Source: Vicinamibacterales bacterium (GTDB lineage Bacteria; Acidobacteriota; Vicinamibacteria; Vicinamibacterales; 2-12-FULL-66-21). From it: DNA of 64,000 nucleotides. Of this stretch, positions 42,902 to 50,809 are shown piece by piece; position 1 is the stretch's first letter; each line of letters begins with the position of its first letter. Made by a program: the position numbers and the translations under genes. Below the pieces are notes generated by a model. It worked only from the letters and a program-made list of their open reading frames with translations. It searched no databases and was not told the origin of the DNA. The stretch covers positions 67,374-131,373 of the forward strand of contig JBMDXQ010000067.1 of assembly GCA_048594975.1 (NCBI GenBank). The letters are read 5' to 3'.

Positions 42902-43868
42902 GAGTCTCGTTCACAAACTCCATGATCCGCTCCTCCGCCCAGTAACAGTCGCGTCCATCCCCGCCGGTGGTCACGAACCCGCAGTGGCCGCCGTGCCGCG
43001 TGACGAGCAGCGTGATGTTCGGGTTCGAGGTCAGTCGCCGATCGCGGAACGGGGCAAGCGGGACGAACGGGTCGTCTTCCGCGGTGATGATCAGCGTCGG
43101 CACGCGCGCGCGGTCGATCACCCGGGCGGCGCTGACCCTGAAGTAGTAGTCGTCCGCGCCGGCGAAGCCGAAGTGCGGCGCGGTGATGCGTTCGTCGAAC
43201 TCGCGGACGGTGCGGATCCCGTGCAGCCGATCGAGCGGAAAGCGCTCGGGGTGCGTCCGCGCCTTCCGCCGCATGCGGCGCTTCAGGCCGCGGACGAAGT
43301 TCCACTGGTAGACGACGTTCTGGCGGCGCTCGAGCGCGCGGACGCATTCCCCGACCTCGAGGATCGGGGACACCGCGCAGACGGCGCGCAGCGCCGGCGG
43401 AGAAGCGCCGCCGAAGTCGCCCGCCAGCTTCAGCGCCAGGTTGCCGCCGAGCGAGTAGCCGGCGACCACGACGCGGTCGATCCCCTCGGCGGCGAGCTCG
43501 GCGACGACGTGCGCCGCGTCCTCGGTCAGCCCCGAGTGGTACAGCGTGTCAGACAGCTCCTCGGTCCCGCCGCAGTTCCGCTGGTTGAGGAGGAGGACGT
43601 TCAGACCGGCGGCAAACGCCTTCTCGGCGAGGCCGCGCATGTAGTGCGCCGCGCTCGACCCCTCGAGCCCGTGCAGCGCCAGCAGCGCCGGATGGCGCGG
43701 CGGGTCCGCCTGCCAGTGGCAGTGGGCGAGCACCCGCGTGCCCGGGGCGACGTCGAAATAGCGATCGGCAGGCGGCGGCAGCCGGGGGAAGCGCCGCGGC
43801 TTCCCCCAGGCGTAAAGCGTCATGACGTGGCCGTTGCGCAGCCCGCGTCGGGGCACGAAGTCGATCAT
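42879..43868 (-). CDS. alpha/beta hydrolase, YheT/ABHD1-3-like
   Basis: Contains ALHGLEGSSAAHYMRGL and VVAGYSLGGNLALKLAG (GxSxG). The last codons (...SMPNAE) and the TGA stop are encoded by the heptamer repeat arm. Confidence 0.8.
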   Translation of the reverse strand: MIDFVPRRGLRNGHVMTLYAWGKPRRFPRLPPPADRYFDVAPGTRVLAHCHWQADPPRHPALLALHGLEGSSAAHYMRGLAEKAFAAGLNVLLLNQRNCGGTEELSDTLYHSGLTEDAAHVVAELAAEGIDRVVVAGYSLGGNLALKLAGDFGGASPPALRAVCAVSPILEVGECVRALERRQNVVYQWNFVRGLKRRMRRKARTHPERFPLDRLHGIRTVREFDERITAPHFGFAGADDYYFRVSAARVIDRARVPTLIITAEDDPFVPLAPFRDRRLTSNPNITLLVTRHGGHCGFVTTGGDGRDCYWAEERIMEFVNETLSMPNAE

Positions 43869-45332
43869 CTAGCGGATGGTGTAGACGAACAGCCGGCCGC
43901 TCGAGAACGCGACCGGCAGATCGAGCAACTGCTCGGTGACGAAGTAGTCCAGCCGGTAGCGCGCCGCGAGCTCACGGGCACGGGCGGCGGTCAGCAGGTG
44001 GTAGTCGCGGATGGCCGCATAGCGCTCCTGCGTCCGCAGCGCCACGTCGCGATCGTACATGCCGAGGGCGGCATCCTTGAACGCCTCGACGAAAACGTCA
44101 CGACGGCCGGCGAGCCGCACGCTCGTGCCGTAGACGGCGGCGTGCAGCGGATCGGCGAGCCAGCCGCTCCCCACCTCCGTCGTCTGCGCCCACGCCATCA
44201 CCCGTCCCCAGTCGTCGTCGCGCACGGTGACCTGCGCGACGGGACGGTCGGGGAAGAGCACGACCTTCTGATAGCCGCCGCGGACGGCGGAGGCGAGCGC
44301 CAACGCTACTGCAACCAGGCGCCCGCGACGGGCGCGCGCGCGACCGCCCTCGGCCAGCCACCACACGGCGTAGAGAACGGTGACGAAATCGAGCACGAGA
44401 AAGACGCGGCCGGGCTGCAGCTGGACGGCGAGCGCGACACGCGCGGCGGTCAGCGGCACGGCGACCGCGAACACCGCGGCCAGCGCCAGGCAGCCGGCGA
44501 CCAGCCCGCGATCCTGCGCGGTGGCCACCCCGGCGCGCTGCCGGGCGCCGTGGAGGAGCAGGATCGCCGGCACGAACGCCGCGTTGACCGCCCATGCGTC
44601 CCACGACCAGCGCAGCGGGAAGATGTAGTCCTTCTCCCCGAGGGCGGCCATCCACGCGTCGTCCATGATCGTCAGCCGAGGCGCGAGCGGGCCGGCCGTG
44701 ACCGTCCACACGGCCATCGCGGCGGCAGCGCCGGCGGCGACGGCGAGCCGCGTGCGCAGCGGCGGCTCCGCCACGAAGACGGCGACGCCGAGCGCAATCG
44801 CGAACCATGCCGCGGTCGTGGGATGAAGCGCCCCAGAGGCGGCGAGCGCCAGGACGACCCCGGCGTGACGGCGCCTCAGGAACGCTGCGAGCGCCAGCAC
44901 ACCGAGGCCGAACGCCAGCTGCCGGGGGTGGAAGTAGCCCTCGAGCGTATTCGTGCCGGAATCGGGGACCGCGTGCCTGAGCGTCAGCGCCGCCAGCAGC
45001 GCGACCGCCGCCCAGGTGGTGCGACAGATCACCCGACCGACCGCCCACGCGGCAATCGCGAGCAGTGCAAGGCTGACCACATAAAGCAGGGCGCAGGCCG
45101 CGGGCACGGAGAGGCGGGTTGCGCGGACGATCGCGGCAACGACCTCGTCAGCGCCGGTCAGCGGCGCCTGCGCCGCGAGCACCGGCCGGTCGCGTGGAAA
45201 CAGCGAGGGGTCGAGCCGGAGCAGGACCGCCGGGATGTAGAACGCCTGGTCGGACGCGCCGTAGCGGTACCCGGCGGAGTTGAGGGTCGCGAGCACCAGG
45301 AAGGGAAGCAGGCAGGCGGCAAACGCCTTCAT
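43869..45332 (-). CDS. polytopic membrane protein of unknown function (GT-C-like architecture)
   Basis: 487 aa with about 11 TM helices and a ~120-aa soluble C-terminus. Its stop is directly adjacent to the hydrolase start, and its ATG overlaps the DinB-gene stop (ATGA). Confidence 0.5.
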   Translation of the reverse strand: MKAFAACLLPFLVLATLNSAGYRYGASDQAFYIPAVLLRLDPSLFPRDRPVLAAQAPLTGADEVVAAIVRATRLSVPAACALLYVVSLALLAIAAWAVGRVICRTTWAAVALLAALTLRHAVPDSGTNTLEGYFHPRQLAFGLGVLALAAFLRRRHAGVVLALAASGALHPTTAAWFAIALGVAVFVAEPPLRTRLAVAAGAAAAMAVWTVTAGPLAPRLTIMDDAWMAALGEKDYIFPLRWSWDAWAVNAAFVPAILLLHGARQRAGVATAQDRGLVAGCLALAAVFAVAVPLTAARVALAVQLQPGRVFLVLDFVTVLYAVWWLAEGGRARARRGRLVAVALALASAVRGGYQKVVLFPDRPVAQVTVRDDDWGRVMAWAQTTEVGSGWLADPLHAAVYGTSVRLAGRRDVFVEAFKDAALGMYDRDVALRTQERYAAIRDYHLLTAARARELAARYRLDYFVTEQLLDLPVAFSSGRLFVYTIR

Positions 45333-45826
45333 GCCTCGTCCGCGGTCGCACCGTACATCGCCGGCAACGGCACGTCCTGCAGGCGCAGGTAGACGCTCAA
45401 TTGCCCGCGATGATGGATGGAGTGGTTCATGACGAAGGACCGCAGGGCGGCGATGCGCGGAAGCGAGAAAACCTCCTCGCCGCCGCGCTGCAGCGTCCAG
45501 CGCGCGTGCAGCTCGGGATCGCCGGCAACGGCGATCTGCTCGCGTGCTGCCGCGACCCGTTCATCGAACGCCTTCACCAGCGCGTGGCGTGATGCCTGCG
45601 GCTGGCCCAGGCCGTCCTCGCCCAGGTCCGCCAGGTCGAAGAACTCCGCCTTTAGGATCGTGCTCGCCCACGACGGCAGGTTGGCGAGATGTGCGGTGAG
45701 CTCCCCGAGCGTTCGCGATCGGTCGTGTGGCCTCCAGCCGAAATACTGCTCCGGCACGCGCTCGAGCAGCCGGCGGGTGGTCGCCATCTCGTGATCGTAT
45801 TCGGGCAGCAGGGCATCGCGGAGCAT
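45329..45826 (-). CDS. DinB-family (DinB_2) four-helix metal-binding protein
   Basis: Starts MLRDALLPEYDHEMATTRRLLERVPE, continues ...LGELTAHLANLP and ...FVMNHSIHHRGQLSVYLR, giving the His triad pattern of the DinB superfamily. ATG 45826 is chosen inside the longer track ORF. Confidence 0.8.
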   Translation of the reverse strand: MLRDALLPEYDHEMATTRRLLERVPEQYFGWRPHDRSRTLGELTAHLANLPSWASTILKAEFFDLADLGEDGLGQPQASRHALVKAFDERVAAAREQIAVAGDPELHARWTLQRGGEEVFSLPRIAALRSFVMNHSIHHRGQLSVYLRLQDVPLPAMYGATADEA

Positions 45827-45850
45827 GGGGGATTCTACGCTGTAAAACGC

Positions 45851-45882
45851 TGTCAATGCTGAATGCTGAATGCCGAATGCTG
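45851..45882. repeat. solo YGAATGC heptamer arm with TGTCAATGC terminus (element E)
   Basis: The sequence is TGTCAATGCTGAATGCTGAATGCCGAATGCTG. It lies 24 nt upstream of the DinB-family ATG, and no partner arm is visible. Confidence 0.8.
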
Positions 45883-45888
45883 GGGTGT

Positions 45889-45927
45889 GCACGTCGACGT
45901 CCAGTGGCGTGCAGGAAGTCGACGTGC
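45889..45927 (-). terminator. hairpin downstream of the BNR-protein gene (terminator-like, no U-tract)
   Basis: The stem GCACGTCGAC (45889-45898) / GTCGACGTGC (45918-45927) is a perfect 10 bp with a 19-nt loop. It lies 30 nt after the stop at 45957. Confidence 0.35.
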
Positions 45928-45956
45928 TGGAAGCAGCCTGGATTCGAACGGGGCGC

Positions 45957-48900
45957 TCAGCGAAGCGAGTCCGGTTCGACGACGACGGTCTTGACGAAGT
46001 CCTTGCCGCCGACTGAGAGCTTGACCACGTAGGTGCCGGCATCGACGGCCTGCGGGTTGACAAACGTCGCGCCGCGGCCACCGCGGCCGGCGGGGCCGCC
46101 GCGGCCGCCGCGCCCTTCCTGGCCCTCCGCCTGCGGCGGGGGGTTGCGCGACAGGTTCCAGTGCACGCGATTCAGGCCCGCGTCCTTCGTCCCGGGCAGG
46201 TCACGGACGACGTTCCCGTTCATATCGGTGATCTGGATCCGGACGTCGCCCTGCGGCGCTGCTTTCAGGAAGTAGCTGATGGCCGTCCCGCCCGGCGGGT
46301 TGGCGCCGCGGAAATGCTTGGCGCCGCCGACCCCTCGCGCCGACGTGGTGTCGGCAATCCAGCGTGTCGCTGGACGGACGTCGAACAGGTGGGCGTCGGC
46401 CGACAGCACCGGGCCGGTCATCTGTTGCAGCGGCGTGATGTCGTCGATGATCCAGATGCTGCGCCCGTGGGTGCCGACGATGAGGTCGTTGTCGCGCGGG
46501 TGCACGAGCAGGTCGTCCACGCGCACCGTCGGCAGGCCGGTCATGAACCGCTTCCAGTCGCGGCCGCCGGTCAGCGAAATGTAGAGCGCGTATTCCGTCC
46601 CCAGGTACAGCAGGTTCGGGTTGCGGGGATCCTCGCGGATGACGTTGACGTTGCCCTCCGGCAGGTTGCTGACAAGCGAGGTCCACGTCGCGCCGAAGTC
46701 GGTCGTCTTGAAGACATACGGCTTGTGATCGTCCGTGCGATGCCCGTCGAAGGACACGTAGCAGGTGCCGGGCGCGAAGTGCGAGGGCTCCACGCGCGAG
46801 ACGTGCGTCTCGTCGGGCACGCCCGTGATGTTCTTCGTCACGTTGGTCCAGGTGGCCCCGAAGTCGCGGCTGACCTGCACGTGGCCGTCGTTGGTGCCGA
46901 CCCAGACCACGCCGGCCGCGGCGGTCGACTCGCCGAGGGTGACGACGTTGCTGTACGACGCGGCGCCGTCGTGCTTCGAGGCCAACGGCGCCTTGCCGTC
47001 CACGCCCATGATCGGCCGATCGTTCCGGCCGATGTTGCGGGTGAGGTCGGGCGAGGCAGTCCAGGACTCGCCGCGCGACCCGGACCGGAACACCCGGTCG
47101 CCGCCAAGATACACGGCGTCCGGGTCGTGCGGCGACAACATGAACGGCGTGCTCCAGTAGAAGCGGAAGAACGTGCCCTCTGGCGGCGGCGGGAAAACGT
47201 TGCCGAGGGGGGGGCCGCCGCCGCGCCCGCCACGTCCGCCGGCTGCCTGGTCCGGTTGCCCGGCGACTTGCGCGGGCTGCCCGGCTGCCTGCCCTTGCTG
47301 ACCGGCCTGCGCCGGCTGCCTGGCAGCCTGGGGCTGCGGCCCGGGGCCGCCGCGGCCCGCCGGGGCCGGCCCGCGCGGCCGGATGCTCTCCGACGTCCCC
47401 TGCCCGAGATCCAGCCGGTTGGTATTGCCGTCCTGCGACTCGGAGTAGACGATCCGCCAGTCCCTCGGATCGTTCGCGGTATAGAACCCGTCGCCGCCGC
47501 CGACGCGGAACCAGTCGCTGTTCAGGATGCCGTTGGTGTTGCGGACGGCGCTGGGCCCGCACCAGCTGCCGTTGTCCTGCAGGCCGCCGCAGACGTAGTA
47601 CGGCTTCCGCATGTCGGCGCTGATCGCGTAGAACTGCCCGGTGGGCATCGTCGCGAGCTCTTCCCAGGTATCGCCCTGGTCGTAGCTCACGTCGATGCCG
47701 CCGTCGTTGCCGATGATCAGGTGTCGGCCGTTGCGCGGGTCGACCCAGAGCGTGTGATGGTCGCCGTGGCTCTGCCCGACCATCGGCTGAAACGTCTTGC
47801 CGCTGTCGGTCGACTTCGACGCGCTCGCGCCGAGCGTATAGACAATCTGATCGTTGGTCGGATCGCAGCGGATCTTGCTGTAGTACATCGGGCGGTTGTT
47901 GTTGTTGCTCATGAACCGCCAGGTCTTGCCGGCATCCTCCGAGCGCCACACGCCGCTGCGGGTCGGGTCTGGTGGCGGAGGCGCCGCGCCACGGCCTCCG
48001 CCACGTCCAGCGCCGGTGCCGCGCTGCCCGGGCGGGACCAGGCTGCCGTCGTCGTTGACCCCGGCCCCGGTGCCGCCGCTCGGGCCGACCTCGATCTGCA
48101 CCATCACGACGTTCGGCTTGGAGCGGCAGATGTCGATGCCGATGCGGCCGATGATCGGGTTGTCCGGCCAGCCGTTGCCGCTCATCCTCGTCCACGTCCG
48201 TCCCGCATCGGTCGTCTTCCAGAGGCCGCTGCCCGGACCGCCGCCGTTGAACCCCCAGGGCTGCCGGCGCCGCTGATACGACGCCGCGTACAGCGTGTTG
48301 GGGTCAGTCGGGTGCATGACCAGGTCGATGAAGCCCGTTTCGCCGTCGACGCTCTTCGAATGCAGCCAGGTCTTGCCCCCGTCGGTGGTCTTGTAGACAC
48401 CGCGCTCCGGGTTAGGCCCGAACAGGTGGCCTACGGCGGCGACGTACGCGATGTTCGGGTCCTTGGGGTGGACGGCCATCTTGGCAATCGTCTGCGTCTC
48501 GCGCAGCCCCATGAACTCGAACGTCTTGCCGCCGTCGACCGACTTGTACACGCCGCCGCCGAACGACGAGCTCTGGCGGTTGTTCGGCTCACCGGTCCCG
48601 ACGTAGATGACGTTCGGGTTCGAGGGCGCGATAGCGATGTCGCCGATCGAAGACACCGGATAGGTGTCGAAGATGGGGTCGAACGTGGTGCCGTTGTTGT
48701 CCGTTTTCCAGATGCCGCTGGTCGCGTAGCCGATGTAGAAGGTCGAGGGGTTGGCCTCGTCCACTGCGATGTCGTCGATCCGTCCGCCCATGACGGCGGG
48801 GCCGATCGAACGCCAGACGAACCGCTTCAGGATCGGGTCGTCCGAGGCGTTGATCGGGGGCGGCAGCGGCGGGGCCTGCTGCTGGCCCCCGCCCTGGGCG

Positions 48901-48980
48901 AGAAGGCCGCGGGCGGCCAGCAGGCACAGGCCGATCCCTATCCACGTCAGCAGGCGCGCGCGCAGATGTCCTGTCACCAC
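45957..48980 (-). CDS. secreted BNR/sortilin-Vps10-type double beta-propeller protein (glycosidase-like)
   Basis: Has about ten S/T-x-D-x-G-x-T-W/F motifs (KSVDGGKTF, KTTDGGKTW, KTTDAGRTW, RSEDAGKTW, KSTDSGKTF, SYDQGDTWE, SRDFGATW, KTTDFGATW ...). AAGGAG lies before the GTG at 48980. Confidence 0.8.
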   Translation of the reverse strand: MVTGHLRARLLTWIGIGLCLLAARGLLAQGGGQQQAPPLPPPINASDDPILKRFVWRSIGPAVMGGRIDDIAVDEANPSTFYIGYATSGIWKTDNNGTTFDPIFDTYPVSSIGDIAIAPSNPNVIYVGTGEPNNRQSSSFGGGVYKSVDGGKTFEFMGLRETQTIAKMAVHPKDPNIAYVAAVGHLFGPNPERGVYKTTDGGKTWLHSKSVDGETGFIDLVMHPTDPNTLYAASYQRRRQPWGFNGGGPGSGLWKTTDAGRTWTRMSGNGWPDNPIIGRIGIDICRSKPNVVMVQIEVGPSGGTGAGVNDDGSLVPPGQRGTGAGRGGGRGAAPPPPDPTRSGVWRSEDAGKTWRFMSNNNNRPMYYSKIRCDPTNDQIVYTLGASASKSTDSGKTFQPMVGQSHGDHHTLWVDPRNGRHLIIGNDGGIDVSYDQGDTWEELATMPTGQFYAISADMRKPYYVCGGLQDNGSWCGPSAVRNTNGILNSDWFRVGGGDGFYTANDPRDWRIVYSESQDGNTNRLDLGQGTSESIRPRGPAPAGRGGPGPQPQAARQPAQAGQQGQAAGQPAQVAGQPDQAAGGRGGRGGGPPLGNVFPPPPEGTFFRFYWSTPFMLSPHDPDAVYLGGDRVFRSGSRGESWTASPDLTRNIGRNDRPIMGVDGKAPLASKHDGAASYSNVVTLGESTAAAGVVWVGTNDGHVQVSRDFGATWTNVTKNITGVPDETHVSRVEPSHFAPGTCYVSFDGHRTDDHKPYVFKTTDFGATWTSLVSNLPEGNVNVIREDPRNPNLLYLGTEYALYISLTGGRDWKRFMTGLPTVRVDDLLVHPRDNDLIVGTHGRSIWIIDDITPLQQMTGPVLSADAHLFDVRPATRWIADTTSARGVGGAKHFRGANPPGGTAISYFLKAAPQGDVRIQITDMNGNVVRDLPGTKDAGLNRVHWNLSRNPPPQAEGQEGRGGRGGPAGRGGRGATFVNPQAVDAGTYVVKLSVGGKDFVKTVVVEPDSLR

Positions 48981-49057
48981 GAACTCTCCTTGTGCTGGTG
49001 AGACGGCCGAGCCGGATTCGGGCAGAGTTTACGACAGGAGAAAGGGAAGTGCTTACT

Positions 49058-49138
49058 GAATCGGGCGATCGGCTGATCGGGTAATCCGCCATCGGGCAAT
49101 CTCACGATCGCCCGATGGCGCAATCGCCCCGATCGCAT
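49058..49138. repeat. GATCGG/CCGATC-type short repeats with an 11-bp inverted repeat
   Basis: The repeat run reads AATCGGGCGATCGGCTGATCGGGTAATCC.... ATCGGGCGATC (49060-49070) is the reverse complement of GATCGCCCGAT (49106-49116). Confidence 0.6.
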
Positions 49139-49140
49139 CC

Positions 49141-49710
49141 TCACTTGAAATCGACCCTCGGCGCTTTCTGCGCCTCGGGCGCCGCTTCCCAGTAGGGATA
49201 TTCCTTGAAGCCGAAGACCTTCGCCGTGATATTGGACGGGAACCGGCGGCGCAGGGTGTTGAACTCGGTCACCCGCTCGTTGTAGCGCATCCGCTCGACG
49301 GCGATGCGGTTCTCGGTGCCGGCCAGTTCGTCCATCAGCTGACGGAAGGTCGCGTCCGATTTCAGCTGGGGGTAGTTCTCGACGATGACCAGCAGCCGCG
49401 CGAGGGCCGCGGACTGTTCGTTGGCCGCGGCAATCTGCTGCTCCGGCGTCGTGGCGCTGTTCAACTTGGCCCGCGACTCGGCCACGCGCGTGAAGATCTC
49501 CTTCTCCTGCGCAGCGTATCCCTTCACCGTCTCCACCAGGTTCGGGATCAGGTCGTTGCGCCGCTGCAGCTGGTTCTGCACCTGCGACCACTGGCCCTTG
49601 ATCGCCTCCTCGCTTCCGGTGAACTTGTTGTAGGAGCAGCCGCTGAGGGCGACGGTTGTGAAGGCCATCGCGGTGATGCGGGCGATCGCCCCGATCGGTT
49701 TCTTAGCCAT
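49141..49710 (-). CDS. lemA: LemA family protein
   Basis: Has a lipoprotein-like N-terminus (ALSGCS). The LemA signature reads QWSQVQNQLQRRNDLIPNLVETVKGYAAQEKEIF...RMRYNERVTEFN. Confidence 0.9.
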   Translation of the reverse strand: MAKKPIGAIARITAMAFTTVALSGCSYNKFTGSEEAIKGQWSQVQNQLQRRNDLIPNLVETVKGYAAQEKEIFTRVAESRAKLNSATTPEQQIAAANEQSAALARLLVIVENYPQLKSDATFRQLMDELAGTENRIAVERMRYNERVTEFNTLRRRFPSNITAKVFGFKEYPYWEAAPEAQKAPRVDFK

Positions 49711-49862
49711 GTGTCCTCTTCATTCGGTGCGCCTGGGGCCCCACATTCCTTGATGCCTTGATGCGCCGGCCCCCCCCGGGCGCTGCCCCGTCGCGCGCCG
49801 TGGCGGCTGAAGGCTCTCACGCGCCACTTACGCGCGCTGCCTGCGCGGCGGATGTCGCCTGG

Positions 49863-49915
49863 CAATCCACAATCAGGCAATCCGGCGCAATCCACAATCC
49901 TCAATCCCCAATCAC
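49863..49915. repeat. CAATCCN heptamer tandem array (7-8 units)
   Basis: The run is CAATCCA CAATCAG GCAATCC GGCG CAATCCA CAATCCT CAATCCC CAATCAC. It begins at the TPM-gene stop codon (49912-49914). Confidence 0.8.
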
Positions 49916-50739
49916 CAGGATCCGGAAGCCCCCCCTCCTCCCGACCGTCCGCCCCCGAAGCCCCCGAAGCCGCCGCCGCCGAACCCGCCCCCCCCGAAGC
50001 CGCCGAACCCGCCGCCGAAACGGCCGCCGCCGAAAGGGCCGACGCCGCTGTCCCATCCGCTCCACGGGCCGCCGACGATCCACGGCCCACGGCGGCGGCG
50101 CCGCCGAGGCCCGCCCATGCGACCGAGCAGGCTGAGCACGATCAACGCGATGACGACGATCAGACCGACGGGCAGCCCGGAGCCACGTGGTTCGGCCGGC
50201 GCGTGCCTCCGCGGTACGTCCTGGAGCGTGGTGCCGCGGCGCTCGGCGATGCGGTTGATGACGCGGGTTGTCGCGGCGAGAATGCCGCCGCTGTAGTCCC
50301 CGGCCGCGAACCGCGGCCGCATCACCGAACGGATCGTGTCACCGGCGAAGCCGTCGGTGATGAACGCCTCGAGGTCGTAGCCGGTCTCGATGCGGGCGCG
50401 CCGATCGTCGACCGCGACGACGATCAGCAGGCCGTTGTCCTTCCCGCGTGCCCCGATGCCGCGGCCGCCGTTTTCGAACATCTTCAACGCGTACGACTCG
50501 ATGTCGTACGGTGCAGTGGTGCGCACCGTCGCGACGACCACGACGTCCCCCGATGCCGCCTGCAGCGCGCGGATCCGCCGGTCGAGCACCCGTTCGGAGT
50601 CGGCGTCGATGACGTTCGCGAAGTCGTTCACCGGCGCTGTGAGGACAGGAGGGTCCTGGGCGCTGACGATGGCAATGCCGAATGCTGCATGCAGAATGCT
50701 GAACGCGAGCACGCTGCGAAGGCTCAGGACTCCCCACAT
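49912..50739 (-). CDS. TPM-domain (YgcG-like) protein with TM segment and Gly-rich tail
   Basis: The TPM core reads VNDFANVIDADSERVLDRRIRALQAASGDVVVVATV...NGLLIVVAVDDRRARIETGYDLE. It has a TM (LPVGLIVVIALIVLSLL) and a GGGFGGFGGG tail. ATG 50739 is chosen. Confidence 0.85.
   Translation of the reverse strand: MWGVLSLRSVLAFSILHAAFGIAIVSAQDPPVLTAPVNDFANVIDADSERVLDRRIRALQAASGDVVVVATVRTTAPYDIESYALKMFENGGRGIGARGKDNGLLIVVAVDDRRARIETGYDLEAFITDGFAGDTIRSVMRPRFAAGDYSGGILAATTRVINRIAERRGTTLQDVPRRHAPAEPRGSGLPVGLIVVIALIVLSLLGRMGGPRRRRRRGPWIVGGPWSGWDSGVGPFGGGRFGGGFGGFGGGGFGGGGFGGFGGGRSGGGGASGSW
50672..50704. repeat. YGAATGC heptamer arm lying inside the TPM signal-peptide coding region (left arm of element F)
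   Basis: The sequence GCAATGCCGAATGCTGCATGCAGAATGCTGAAC encodes, on the minus strand, ...AFSILHAAFGIA.... Confidence 0.8.
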
Positions 50740-50756
50740 CGTCCGCCGCTCAACAA

Positions 50757-50796
50757 TCAGCATTCCGCGTTCGGCATTCAGCATTCAGCATCTGAC
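50757..50796. repeat. GCATTCR heptamer arm (right arm of element F)
   Basis: The sequence is TCAGCATTCCGCGTTCGGCATTCAGCATTCAGCATCTGAC. It lies between the TPM start and the stop of the upstream gene. Confidence 0.8.
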
Positions 50797-50809
50797 CCGC
50801 ATCTTCAAC

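Noticed and set aside
42984-45392. 802-aa plus-strand ORF, and similar long antisense ORFs at 46161-49001, 34897-36909, 800-2488, 39816-41588, 56524-57552 and 59384-61066
   Set aside because: Each lies opposite a gene with clear family motifs. Compositions are Arg/Gly/Pro/Asp-dominated with no recognisable domains, and there are no sensible start contexts.
45936-45952. tRNA-like GGATTCGAAC motif (reverse complement of a T-loop GTTCGAATCC)
   Set aside because: The flanking bases cannot form a 5-bp T-stem (CCCCG versus CCAGG), and no acceptor or anticodon arms are evident. Most of the surrounding sequence is the C-terminus and stop of the BNR gene. No tRNA is called anywhere in the window.
45957-45972. 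AGCGAAGCGAG shared between 45958-45968, 38946-38956 and 61415-61425 (reverse complement) as a third repeat family member
   Set aside because: The 45957 copy lies in the conserved C-terminal codons and stop of the BNR gene (…EPDSLR*). An 11-mer match in GC-rich DNA can be chance. Only the 38944 and 61415 copies have extended similarity, as discussed under the LigD-PE finding.
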